A DNA stretch of 64,000 nt from Carcharhinus longimanus (lineage: Eukaryota), in contig JASCQW010000119.1 in NCBI GenBank assembly GCA_030264375.1, positions 47,793,418 to 47,857,417 on the forward strand. Direction: 5' to 3'. Within the stretch, counting starts at the first letter, position 1, and each line of letters begins with the position of its first letter. Shown here one piece after another: positions 50,940 through 64,000 of this stretch. The notes beneath the pieces are model-generated. The model saw only the letters and a list, made by a program, of their open reading frames with translations. It was not told the DNA's origin and searched no databases. The position numbers and the translations under genes are program-made.

Positions 50940-53900
50940 ATACACCGCATATTGGTTTTATTAGTACTCCATCTCATATATGTATATAGTTCAAAGAATA
51001 TTCCATAGAGTATAATGAAACCAATGCATTTTGCTAGTTTGACACCATACTGACAGCTCCAGCAAGATCATTGGTTCACAATTAAAGTGATATGTAAGTA
51101 GAACTGCCCATGCTATTCATTTAGCAAACAAAAAATACAAAGAACTCAGTTGCTTTACATATATCGACACAAAGAATCAAAATATTAGCCACATGTATTG
51201 GAAAACATATTCACTGTGTATATGCAATAAATATTAAAAGAATTTGGGTTATTTTGTTTTTTTTTCTCTACAGCATTAATACAGGGTATTGGAGAACACA
51301 AGAAAATCGCAAAATCTGTACATGTAAACAGCCACACTTTCACTGAGTCAAAAATCAGAAGGAAATACAAAGTTCACATTGGTATTAGGTACAAACAGTT
51401 AAGGAACCGGATTCTCCTCTTCCCAGTCAAAATAAATTGAAAGCACCGCTATTTTGTTGTTTGTGAACAACGTCCAGTTAATTTGCTGATGGCAATCATA
51501 CAATAATTAAATTCTAGCCAATTAATGGTTAATAACCCTTGGAATCCTACAGGAAATTATTTCTGCAGCAGGACAGCTAGCATTATTCAGTGCCTCTGGA
51601 ATGGTTTCCATTCAGAAAATATTTCCCGTGTGGTCAACATTTTCTGCATAAGGGTGCAATAGTTCAGTAGATCAACAAGGTAAACAGCCTAACAACAAGA
51701 ATTTATTTAAAAAAAAGCACTCAAAGGGTTAAGATCTTTGAATGATGACTGTATAATTACACACAGTCCTCAGAACTACTCATTATCATTGTGCAACAAC
51801 ATTTCAGTGACTTTAAGTTATGGCTGAAAAATACTTAGTGGTCCCCCAGTTTTACTCAATAGCTGCACTTAAGAAAAGTAAATCACAGCATCAAAGGGGG
51901 CTAAGATTGTCTTTTGCCTATTTTTTTTCTGGAACTGCTAAGGACAACAACTCACAGAACAAAATTTAGCGACATCCTGTACAGAAAAATATACCCGCAC
52001 CCCTCCCACCCCGCCACCCCCACTACAAAGAAAAGTAACTTCGTGTCATATACAAATCACTCACATGGACAATTAGCATAAAACAGAGGACAGAGAACTG
52101 ATACCTGCTCTTTGCCCTGAAAGAGGTCCCGAAAGTATATGAATGAGGTTATATTAAGCTTCCATTGCCTTTCAACATAGTATCACAGTGGTGGAAATGA
52201 CCACTGGTTCAAAATCCATTTGTGCCATTGGTCTGTACAATTGAGCTTTATGAGGATAGTAGCATTTTCAGTATGGATGAAGGAGTGCTTATTTTAATAA
52301 AGATTTATGAATTTAATAATGTTAAAACAAACTTGAAAATCTATCTGAAAAATGAGTTAAATAGTCCAACAGATTATATAGTTGCGCAGAAATTTTGACT
52401 GAACACATAAACATGGCATTGTGATAGGAACAGTAGGCCATTCAATCCCTTGAGCCTGTTCCTCCATTCAATGAGATCATTGCTAATGTGCCCTAGCTTG
52501 CCTTTTCAACCAGCTTAATGCCTTTAGCTAGAAAAATGTCCATCGGTTTCAGATTCAAAATTATTAACTAAGCTGGCATCCTCTGCTTTTCGTGAGTGAG
52601 TTCCACACTTATCCACACCATATTTTGTGTGAAGAAATGTTAGCTCCTAAATAGCCTGGCTCTGATTTTAAGGCCACGTACCATGTTTGAGACTTCTCCA
52701 CCAGAGGAAATGTTTCTCTGTCTACCTTATGAATTACTTCCAAAATCCTAAAGGCTTTAATCAAGTTACTCAACCTTATCAATTCCAGCAAAAACAAACC
52801 TAATACATGTTTGTATAATTCTCATAATTTAACCTCTGCAGCTCTTGTACTATTCTTCCCTCTTCTATATATCCTTTCAATGGTGTGGTGCCTAGAACTG
52901 TGCACAGTATTTCAGATGCTGTATAACCAAGGTTGTATAGATGTAGAAAAACTTCCTCATTATACTCTGGCCCTCTGGATATAGAGGATAACATTACATT
53001 AGCCTCTTTTTTTTGCACCCGACTACTCAACTTTAGTGACCCATAAGCATGAGCTCTTTGAACCTCCACTGTTCCTAACTTTTCTTAAGATGTTAAATGT
53101 TATTTGGATTGGTCTTTTTGATCCAAAATGGATGATGATCTGGGTGAAGAATGTTTCTGTCTAAGGTTCATGCTTATTTACTATCTAGGTAATATTGCTG
53201 AATTGTTTTGGTCTTAATTCACAAGATTTGGATGGTTGGAGCTCAGAAAAGAGATGTGTAATATTACAATATCCGAGTAATGGTGTTAATATCAAAAATC
53301 TAGTGTGTATTACTTATCGGTGATTTGGTCACTTATTTCCTGAATAAGTTTGTTTTTGAGTGAATAAACATAAAATGCATACTAATTTTGAAACGTTAAA
53401 AGGTTTCTTCTGTACAATAAAATTCGTTATTGAGGTTTGTTCAATGGGAAATACCCATTCTTAAAGGCAGCACTGCAAGCTTTCAATGCCCTCTTTAATC
53501 AAGTTGTAGCTAAATTCCAATGTGTAGTTTATTCACACTCTCCTGATGTGCTCGAAGGAGTGACATGAATGAACTTGTCAATAGGTGGGGAAGAGTGAAC
53601 AGGCAATATCTCAAACTAATTTTTTTATGGATCAGTCATTGCATGATATTAGTTCTAGTTTGAAGTAATGTAGATCTTTGTGTGATTTGACTTTTACACT
53701 ACAGCTGATGCTTGGCATGTATTTAACATAATAATGAAAGGAAAACTGAGGTAGAGGTATCTCATAGTCTTTTTCTAGGAGTGGTTAAAGGTTAGTAACC
53801 AGCACATTTAGTCATATCTGGGTAACAGCAGGCTAAAGCAATCTTTTGACAAAGTGCAATTGACATTTGCTCCAAAGGCAGGATAAATTTTATGTGCAGG

Positions 53901-56289
53901 CAGCAATCTAGGGCACATCTATTAGGTATGGTTTAAAGTTGCAGGAATGTGACCCTTTCTAAAAATGTATCCTTTACTGGATACTCAGAGCAAAATTGTG
54001 GATTTTCCACAGTAAGTAGGTGACAATAGAATTCTTTGGAAAGCAAACAATATATTTGTGTATGTGACATTTGGATGCAGATGTATCACTTTCACATCTT
54101 GCTGGGCTGCATCTTGTCTGGATGGCCCTATTCTCTTCTGTAAAAAGTTAGCATGAGTAAAATACTTTTTCTCAGGTAGATATTTCTACAAAGTTAATAT
54201 GTTCACCCATGAATGTAGAGAACAAATCTCTGGTAATTCATTCGGTTAATGCCTTCCTGGAGTCATCTTATCCAAATATTTTATACAGCTTGATGCAGGT
54301 GGAGAAAGTATTTTATCTTTTGAGAACTAAGTTTAATTTTAAACTTTTCAAACACAGTACTTGCTTCTAACAATATAAAGATCTACAATAATTATTTTAA
54401 GTTGCTAATGGTAACTATTACAAAGCAGAATTAGAGAAAAGTATAAAATAAGAAACCATTTCCTGTTTCACAGTATTTATTTTTTAAAAAAATAGTAAAA
54501 AATTGACGTTGGTATAAATTGCTACCTGAGTTCTGAAAGTTTTCATGATGCACNNNNNNNNNNNNNNNNNNNNNNNNNNNNNNNNNNNNNNNNNNNNNNN
54601 NNNNNNNNNNNNNNNNNNNNNNNNNNNNNNNNNNNNNNNNNNNNNNNNNNNNNNNNNNNNNNNNNNNNNNNNNNNNNNNNNNNNNNNNNNNNNNNNNNNN
54701 NNNNNNNNNNNNNNNNCTAAGGCTGCATTTATGTTGTCAGTTATAGCCAGGCAATACCCCATTTACAGTGACTTGCTGAAACTTTTTTCTCTCACACAGG
54801 AGGGAGCCCTATGAACACGTACCTACAACTGTGCACAGAATGCCTCTCTCCGCAGTTAAATTTAAATGTTCGAGAAACAGTATTAGCATTTATACAGTAT
54901 GATTACTTGAAAGGTGTCCAATAAGTACAAGGCATGCAAAGGTGCTTAATACTTTTGTTACTGATTGGATTTTGACTCTCATCTCAAACAGGTAGAGTGG
55001 GATTATCTCTCCAAGCTGGTCACACTCTGGTTCTCTTCAGAGTCAAGCTGGATCCTGACTCTACATTTAAACTACAACTGCTAATTATATTAAATATACT
55101 AATAGTTATGACAAAAATGGAATTTTTAGGCTTATGGAATGTTTCTAAGGAATACCTATCCTGCTGATGTTATATAAAATAATAGATATAGGCTACAAAT
55201 TCTACATTTTCTATTGGGCATATTCTGATGTCAGGACATGATTATAATTCTTCAGAGCTTATATGCCCAATATTAATGAACTAGCACCGAGCTGTATTGT
55301 TGTTTACCTGATATGCTAATCCATATGTACAGGCAAGCATAAAATGGGCAGCATATCTTTAAAAATGCACCCTACTAATTATAGTTAAATGTATGCAGAA
55401 TTCCANNNNNNNNNNNNNNNNNNNNNNNNNNNNNNNNNNNNNNNNNNNNNNNNNNNNNNNNNNNNNNNNNNNNNNNNNNNNNNNNNNNNNNNNNNNNNNN
55501 NNNNNTAAATGTATTCAGAATTCCATAACTTTTGGACTTGGATATACACTCATGGTTGCATTTCTTGTTCATAAGTTTCATTCTAGAATCTATCTACCTA
55601 TCCACTTTTGACCCTGCATTGTTGAATACATAATCAGCTTTAATACCATGATATTTTATTGGCTATGGATCCCCAACAATTGCACCCATTAATGTATTTC
55701 AGACTTCACTGCAGATGTTAGTACATCAATGTTTAGATTTCAAAAGGAGCAAAAAAAAATTAGTACTAAAAACTTCTAAATTAATTGAATAATCCATGTA
55801 CGAGTGATGTTACTATCCTCATAATACTTCAAACTGATGACTAGAATGAACACAAAGCAAAGGAGAATGACTCCTCTGCTCTATTGTTCTTCCAGAAGGC
55901 CCAGACTAGGTTATTTCTATTAGCAGCGTTACTGGGTATTGCACCTGGGAATTGAATGCTATGTGGATTTTGTGTGGCAACTGGCCAGGAACTTGCAGCT
56001 GCCCATGAAAGGAGCAAAGTCCTTGCACATGTCAAATCTCTCAGTTTATGCTGCCAACTAAGATAATGAAGATACACTGGTGAATGAGGTCCTTGGGTTG
56101 AAGACATACGCACTCACACGCTCGGTCCTGATGAAGGTCTGAGGTTAAAGGTTGGTGGCATTATCACTTCCATAGCAGCAATGGGTTAATGGCCATCTTG
56201 TAACAAGAGGAATCTCCTCCCAATTTCCAGTTTTGAACTGGGTAACTACAGGACATGGGGTTTTATCATTAGGACTGTGCTGACAAGAG
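50940..56289 (-). other. NOL4L: Probable long NOL4L 3' UTR
   Basis: Follows the TGA. Minus-strand AATAAA candidates at 55655-55660, 54476-54481 and 50957-50962. The block 50960-52300 is U-rich on the - strand and has no recognisable repeats. The endpoint is inferred. Confidence 0.4.
52430..53130 (-). mobile_element. Old CR1 LINE 3' fragment
   Basis: Minus-strand fragments NLIKAFRILEVIHKVDRE and KEANVMLSSISRGPEY are CR1 ORF2 C-terminal-like. Confidence 0.7.
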
Positions 56290-56489
56290 TCAATTTTGTT
56301 GTAAAATGAGGTTTTCCAGTTCATCTGCGGAGCGGAGGAGGAAGGCTGCTGACTCTCTGTAGCCAGCGATGAGCTGCCGAACCGCATTAATTTCTGTTGG
56401 ACTGAGCTGTGCTGCTGGTACACTCCTGTTGTTTGTGTTGGATGAAGTTGAGTTTGAGGCCAGTGCCTTCATGCTAAGATCTGTTGGAC
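56290..56489 (-). CDS. NOL4L: NOL4L (nucleolar protein 4-like) last coding exon
   Basis: ttcatcctttcag|GT CCA ACA GAT CTT AGC ATG encodes (G)[65 protein letters not shown]. This is the NOL4-family C-terminus with a PxDLS CtBP motif. VPxAQ/LIAG and the tail-to-tail position next to ASXL1 favour NOL4L over NOL4. Confidence 0.9.
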
Positions 56490-57731
56490 CTGAAAGGATG
56501 AAGAAATGAACACATTATAAGAATCTAATTTTGCTAGACTTCATCAAATTGGTATAAGTGTCACAGACAACAATGTGCATGAGGGGTATCAACTACGTAG
56601 CCTAGAAACTAAATCTTTAAACAGTTGGTAAGTGGGGAAATAAGGCACTAACATTAGGAATCTATGTTGCAATCTTAATTAACCCTATATTCCTGGCCAT
56701 GTGAACAGACTTCTGTGTGCAAAAAGAGTACAGTGAAGATAATTAATATCAGCATAATTGTCATTTGCCTGGAGAGAAAGAAGTTCCGTATTTATCAACT
56801 TCCATAACATGTGCTTCATGCTCCTTCTATCTGTATAACTCTTGTGAATGAGCTGCTTTTTTGAGTTTCCAAGCAACCTAAACACAGCTGAAAAAGCATT
56901 GCATTCAGCTATTTCCAACCATTTGATTTGGCTGAGTAGCATAAGGAATGAGTTAGCAGAAACTTGAGGTGGTACGAAGGCACATTATTTGTGACCCCAC
57001 GTCTCAGGAGCCCATAGTTTATTGGAGAAACAGTGACCAAATGGTGACATAATAAACACAAAAGGCTTTGAGACGTGAACTATATGCTGAGCATTAATAT
57101 CAGTAGTTGTGAGGATCAGCACAGTCCTCATTTTTTTATGCTTCTAACACATTCCAGGCTGGCACTGGGAACATCTGCAGTGTCAACCTATTTGCTGCTC
57201 ACAGATGCAGTAATACTTTGTCATGAGGCTAATATTTTACCAAGAATTACCATTTAGCAACAGTGAAAGAGTTGCATTGTACAGTGCAACTAATTTCCAT
57301 GAGTCTCTAGGACAGTCAATTGGCTACACTAATTGCATCAGACCCCTCCCCATATTGATATGTCCTACATGAACAGTAAGTGATTCTGGTCTCTCCTATT
57401 CAGCTGATCTGCATCTAGGAGAGTATAGTCATCCAGGTCAATGGCTGGATCTTTGCAGCTCCTTTGATACATTTATTTTGTCCTGATTTTCTCTGCCTTA
57501 TTTCAAATGGGAAATGGCTCCAGAGAGACCCATAATGTCACTACATAATCACTGGAGTGAAGCTGAGTGCTACGACATTGAGGTCCACCAAGGTCACTAA
57601 TAAGCATTATCAAAACAGTACTTCGGATGTCTGGATGAATTAAAGAACAATCTCCTCCTCCCTTCACCATAGTTATTGTCATGTGCTTAACTTTAATCTG
57701 ATGGAGACACAAATTATGGCAATGAAATAAA

Positions 57732-57930
57732 AACAGTAAGAAGTCTCACAACACCAGGTTAAAGTCCAACAGTTTCATTTGGTAGCACAAGCCACTAGTT
57801 TTCAGAGCGNNNNNNNNNNNNNNNNNNNNNNNNNNNNNNNNNTGCTACCAAATAAACCTGTTGGACTTTAACCTGGTGTTGTGAGACTTCTTACTGTGTT
57901 TACCCCAGTCCAACGCCAGTGTCTCCACAT
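57732..57930. mobile_element. Palindromic Penelope-like short element with 11-bp TSD
   Basis: Arms ~57733-57788 and 57843-57897 are near-perfect reverse complements around an N gap; flanked by aatgaaataaa at 57721-57731 and 57931-57941. Confidence 0.7.
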
Positions 57931-59739
57931 AATGAAATAAAGAGGCCGCTTTGTAATCCTATTGCATTCAACAAGACCCTTAGTCTCGGGATTAATACAA
58001 GTTAGTTAGCTGGGTACATGAATTACCTCTTTTTTTTAAAACAACTTCCTGTTTGCAAAACTCCTTCACTGCTGCTATACTTTCCTACAAGAATCAAAAT
58101 CCGTCATTTCAATGCTGCTGTATAATTCCGTGCAATTCCATCCACAAAATAATTTATAAATCAAATAGACGCAAAACTCTCAATTTACATGATTCAATAC
58201 GTTAGTTAGTGCTAACGTTTCCTCTTTGTGCTAGTAAATTGTTTGAGATATGTAACTAACCTGCAATGGGAGCGAAATGCGATAGCCCCTAAAACTGGAA
58301 GTACAATGCAGGAATAACTTTGACATGAATGCAGGCAGCACGTGGACTTTTCCCAGCCTCCTTCTTTACATAACACAGGCTGGATGCCAGAGGTAACTAA
58401 CTGTGCTGTTGATCAGCTGGATGCCTGGGCAGGGGACAATATTGTGAGAAGCTAGCACCACATGCCCTGTTTAAAGTAACTTGTGTTATTTCTTTATTCA
58501 GGGGTGTGTGCTTTGCTGGTTAAGCCAGCATTAATTGCTTTGGATTACCCCTTCTATCACTTTACTGATGGGGCAGAAATTGGTTGGATTGCATTTGTCC
58601 TGCTTTTTGTCTGCAGATCATACTGGGGCAATTTTCCACATTGCTTAGTAGATGCCAGTGTTGTAACTGTACTGAAACAGCATGGCTAGGAGGTCTTGGA
58701 GCACATGTCTTCAGTACTATTGCTGGACTACTGTCAGGCCTTTGCAGTATCCAGTGGCTTCAGCCATTTCCTAGTATCACTGGAAATGAATCAAATTAGC
58801 TAATTACTGGCATCTATGATGTTGGGGACCTCCAGAGGAGGTTGAGATGGATCATCAACTTGGCACTTCTGATTGAAGGTTGTAGCAAATACTTCAGGTT
58901 GAAGGGTGGTCCATCTGGTTTCATTCATTTAATACAACTGAATGGCTTGCTAGGCCATTTCAAGAGGGCACTGCTGTGGGTCAGGAGTCATATATAAGCC
59001 ACTCCAGGTAAGGATGGCAGATTTCCTTCCCTAAAAGGAATTAGTGAACTAGATTGGTTTATACGACAATTAACAATGATTTTATGGTCATTATTAGACT
59101 CCTGATCTGCAGAGTTTCCTGTCTCCCTCCCATCCCAATTGCTACCATGCAGAGTTCCCTCTGGGAATATTTATGTTTAGGTTGTCATAAATATTTAAAT
59201 TGATTTTGCATCCTTTTCTGGGAGCGAGGCCAATTTTGCCAGCAAAACAGAGCTGGGATGATAGAGGAAGACGAGGAACCAGCATATTTCTCATTTTTTG
59301 CCTCTCATCCAATCATTCCACCCACCTCACCTTGCTGAAAGTCAGGCGGGATAAAGTTGTAAGATCGCACCCGTTACCTCTGAGCAGGCTTCATGAAATT
59401 ATAACTTATTTTTCCCTCTGAGCAGCCTCCCTTCACCATTATCCAGGGGACATTGGCAACCGGTTGCTCCATGGATTCCAATGCCTCTTTGGTTTGACTG
59501 CTTGGAACCTGTATGCTGAAACCTGGAAATGCATTATTGTTCCAGACAGCAGATTCATTAAATTGTCCTGAAAACAATCTCCGTCACTTGGGTTTGGAAA
59601 TTTGAAATCTTGTTCCATTATTTAAAAGGATGGGGGGGGGCGGTGTGGGGGGGCGTAGAAATCAGGTCACTACAGACTTGTTAATTGAACATAAATTGTG
59701 GCAGACTTACTGGAATCTACCATCACAGACAGAGGGACA

Positions 59740-60305
59740 CAGGAAATAACTAAATGTATTTGTTCAGGGTGCATCATGTCTCACTGATTTCTTTCAGGTC
59801 ACTAGCATGGTTGGTAAGGATATATCAATGGATCTTGTGTATATGGATTTCCAGTAGATATTTGATAAGGGTCCGCACAAGATTTTTTGAGCAAAAATGA
59901 GTATGCACAGAATTGAATGTAACTTTTTTGGTAAGGGTTGGAAATTGGCTGGAAGGTAGGAGACAGAGTATAGATAGAGGGAACTTCTTTCTGATGTGGA
60001 GCATGTGAGAAACAGCGTTCCTACTGGGCTAATGGCTTTTCATCATTATTATAGATAACTTGGATAAAAGAAAGTTTCATATCCAAGCTTGCACCAAATT
60101 AAGAATGATAATATGTTTGCAGATGGAAACATAAAGTTTAAAAAGGGCAGACATGCCAGGTGAATGATCAAAAATATAGCAACTGGATTTCAGTTTGGAT
60201 AAGTAGAAGGTCATCCACACAAGAAAGATAAATTGGAATGGTCTGATCCTGTTAGTATATTCATTAAAACCTGTTGGGGGTGATCTTATTAAAAAGATTC
60301 TAAGA
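59740..60305 (+). mobile_element. Degenerate CR1 LINE RT fragment
   Basis: gatcttgtgtatatggatttccagtagatatttgataagggtccgcacaa (D-VYMDF--FDKVPH-like) and tttgcagatgga (FAD). Confidence 0.65.
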
Positions 60306-63300
60306 GCTGAATAAGCGTGAAAATGGGAAAGAATTATGTCCATTTTTCGTGCAAGCTCCCAGCCACAAGCTTTTGGCACTTAGGAAAAAGAAATAAGGCA
60401 AAATGCAATTTTCGCCAGTAGGGGGAGTGGATGGAATTTATTGACGATGCAAGGCCTGCTGACTGCTAGGGGGCAATATTAACATGCGCACTGATCTCCC
60501 AGTGCGCTGTGAAAAGAGTACATATTGACCAATTCTTCATCTTCACAAAATTACTTTTGGCTATTTTTATCCTTTTTGGCATTGCACCTATCATCTTCTG
60601 TTATCAGTTGTCCTAAACAGTCAAGCTTATCCACTTGTTCCAGTGTGAAACCATCCAATTCAATCTTCATTCTAGTTTCTTCTAACGTATTCCTTCTAAC
60701 TACCATTGCTTTTGTCTTTTAAGTGTCCATATTCAATCTGTATTTGAAACATCTACATTTCACTTGATGCACAATATTTTGGTGGGGCCTCTTCTGATTC
60801 TGTAAACAGCACTATGCCGTCAGCGTTCTTTCTTCAAGTTTTTACTCCTGGAAATACTCTCCAAGCTTTCTTTAACCGCTCCCCGCCATAACCAACAGAC
60901 CTTTGGTGCCCAACAGTACCTCCTGCAGCTGGCTGACCTGATTCCATGGCACAGTCCCTGAAAAAAGGTCTGATCCCATGGTGAAGTCCCTGGAAGCGGT
61001 TCTGAAGGTTGAATGAGGTTGCTAAGAAAGAACTCTTATCTTCTGGAAGCTGCTTCACAGAAACAACTACATGGATGAAGGTCTACCCACCCAGTGCTGC
61101 ACTTGGTGCACCAGACCACGGAGGCCTTCCTTTCCTCCTCAAATCTCCGTGAAATGCCCAAAATCTTCTTGAGTTAAGTCCCAACCTTTATACATGGTAT
61201 TGGTCTAGAGTTGTTCTAGTGTTTTCCCACTGGCATTGCGGAGAATTGAGCATGGGGTAAGATTCTGATCTGATGTTCATCTGCATCCATTAGTGGGATG
61301 CAAATCATTTTCATACCGGTATCTGGCAGGAATTGCAACCAACCATGGAGGCCAGATTTGGGAGATCCCATTATTATTTCACTGCAACGTGAAATCGATT
61401 TTTGGACTTCCCATTGCCTGCCATTGAACCTGCTGATGGGATTTTGCCCACATTAATTGATTTTTACATACACTGCCTGGACTTCTCCAAATGTACAGTC
61501 TTTTTGGTTGTTTCAAAAGGACATCTACCACCATCAGATCATTTTCTTGACAAAATAGTATCAGACTCCTCTTCCAATTCTCAATCCAAGCATTTTGAAT
61601 GACATGTATTCTGATATTTCTTCAAAAACATTTGCGTTTTAAGTCATCCATTACAATTACCATATCAGTTGATTTGATCATTGTTACTTTAGAATGTCAC
61701 CATAAAATCTCTCTTTCCTGTTTACTCTGATTTTGCGTCACGGCATAAACTTGTGTGACAAGCAGTTCACAAGGCCTTTGATCTTAATCATGATCACTCT
61801 TTCTGAGATTGGCCAGTAGCCTTGAACTGATCTCTTATATCTTTTGTATCTCTCTTGTGAATTTAAGTCAAATTCCTCATAAATGTGTTGGATACTTAGT
61901 TGGGCAAGGGCTTCTCTTTCCCTGTCATTATTTATAGTGGAATTGGCTACAGGGATTTGAACCTCTTCTGTGTCTTCAATTCCCATGCCTAATCCTGTGG
62001 CTCGTACTGTGTGAGGTCCTTGACTCTTCACAAGTGACTGGCCTCATCACATTAGTAAGTATCATGTGTGTGCCCTTGCTGGTCTCTGCCTTTTGAACTA
62101 CTGTTCTACCATCTTGTCGGACTCTTTAGTCTTTGTGCACATTAGAAAGGGTGACATTCCCACCTCACCCCAGTGGAAGCTAATGTGTCCCTCACTTAGT
62201 TTTGCATGACTGTCGAGGTCAAGATTCTGGGGTATGGCCAATGGTGTGCACAACAAGCTACGTGAAGTTATAAGTGAGAATTGGAGATTTGTGGGTTGCA
62301 TTACTCACAATCCTTTTGACATGAATGTGTGATTTGACAGGGAATCAGTAGTGCACTAGCCCTCACAAACATCTCCCATAAACCGACTGCAAGTATTCAA
62401 AGAAAAACAAAATGAATTGTCATATGTAAATTTGTATCAAAGAGATTAATGGAGCATGATTTTCTCTCAGTGCAAATTAAACCAACTGCAAAACTGGTTT
62501 AATTTTAATGCATCATTAGGTTAAAGATGCAATGTTTTAATTTCTAAATTCTTCAGCAAAGCTTAATTCTAGGTAATACTCCCATGTTGCAATGGCAGGA
62601 GAATCAGTTGTTCCCTCTTAAACTGTTGTTAAGTACTCAACTTCATAGCCCAGCCACAATCTGAACAAATGCATTAAAATAAAGGTCGGTGCTATAACAA
62701 GCAGACTGGAATGTGAAGCTGTAACCCCTAAATTGTGAAGGAGTTGGCTGTGCCATTTGTAAATAATTGCGTTGTCCAATGAAAGCTTTCTTGCTGATCA
62801 GTATTTCTAAAAATTTCTAACAAATTTAAACTTAGTAGTTGTGCAAATTTTCTGATAAGATTTATTAGTTTTCACTCAAATATAATTAATAATAGATTGT
62901 ACAAGCTCTTCATCCTATTTCACCTATAGTAATGTGTTTCAAAGTTACTAATTGGAAGTTGCCATAAAAGAGAAATTCTGTTAAGTGGTTAAGCATGGGT
63001 TGCATATTTAGTTTAATTTATTAGTTACCTGTCCAAACTCATTGACCTCAGATTACACTGTAACGTTTCAACTGATTACACATCACCAATGGTAAATTTT
63101 TAGCTGTTTCTAATGAAAACGTGAGGCACAAAAAGCAAATGTTAATTCCATTAGCATCTGATGTGCAGACCCACATGCATGATGCATCTGCTCCTGATAA
63201 TGAATCCACTTGCATTAAAAGAAGTAGGATTAATAGTCACCTGAGTAATGCCACCCTCATCTCTCGCATCATCTAAGGCCTCGCTGAACAGGATTAAGGT

Positions 63301-64000
63301 AGCATAAGAACAGCTAATCCCCGAGATGCACTGCTTTCAAAACCCAAAATGCTATACCCCTCTGACCTCATCTGAAATAATTACATTTAACTGATAGGCA
63401 GGTGATGGTGCAAGAAGCATCTAATCTTATTAGAACTCCAGGAAGTTAATTTTTTTCAGTAGCAGCATATGGGAGAATGAAGGCTGATTCAGACTTTTCT
63501 CCATATTGAGCAATTTCGAATGGTGCAACATGGAGATTTCCATGATCAATGTTACCATGAGTGCACTAAATGGACTCGTATCAAATTTCTCTCCATCATT
63601 TTAACTAGTATTATCCCTTTAGCATAGACCCTGAAAAATAATTTAGTACATGTACATTAAACATCTGCATCATAATACCACTTAATGTAAATCTTTGGTC
63701 TTAAAACATCCTCAAAATTAAATCAACATAATGCCACTTTCCTACCCAAGGCTTGCTGTGAAGAAAATTATACTTAAGTAAATGAAATGACAGGTATACT
63801 GCCAGTGTTGGCTACTAAAGATGCACTTCAGGCAGCAGTCTGAATTAAATTTGCAGTCTGTATTTTCTCAGAAATCTGAAACATTTGATAGATCCATTGC
63901 TTATTTTACAACTTGATTATTTTAGTTTTCCTCTCCATTTTTAGTGTTATTTTTCTTTGTACTATTTTATAGATTACAAAGAAAATTGATCAATTACATA

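Noticed and set aside
56269-56292. Stop-codon readthrough of NOL4L (TGA C)
   Set aside because: The context is TGA CTC, not the strong TGA CTAG motif, and the extension would be only 6 aa.
55841-56423. ORFs 56145-56423 and 55841-56113, and a possible downstream acceptor (ctttaacctcag at ~56139-56150), as alternative NOL4L C-termini
   Set aside because: No recognisable homology and no matching donor identified; cannot be supported without RNA data.
56490-64000. Further NOL4L coding exons
   Set aside because: No NOL4-like peptide with suitable splice sites was found by eye; the preceding exon probably lies beyond the window.

Overview
Vertebrate genomic DNA, AT-rich, with several N-gaps of about 100 nt. 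The repeat families (CR1/L2 LINE fragments, HE1/V-SINE-like tRNA SINEs, Penelope-like palindromic elements) suggest a shark; this is an inference. The window holds the last five coding exons of ASXL1 on the + strand (5833-26684: DEUBAD domain, ASXM1/ASXM2, C-terminal PHD finger). Tail-to-tail with it, on the - strand, is the last coding exon and probable long 3' UTR of NOL4L (56290-56489). The main hidden feature is a dual-coding region inside ASXL1. An in-frame UCC_UUU_CGG (19725-19733), a variant of the influenza PA-X-type +1 ribosomal frameshift site, is followed by a 156-codon +1-frame ORF. This ORF crosses the last intron and carries an HCF-1-binding EHSY motif (23671-23682), matching the ASXL1-TF transframe product proposed for other vertebrates by Dinan, Atkins & Firth (2017). 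Additional observations in this copy: a second tandem UUU_CGG site 21 nt downstream; a splice route into the same TF frame by skipping the penultimate exon; and a 149-bp, ~97% perfect inverted repeat in the intron that splits the TF ORF. Repeat boundaries were read by eye and are approximate.
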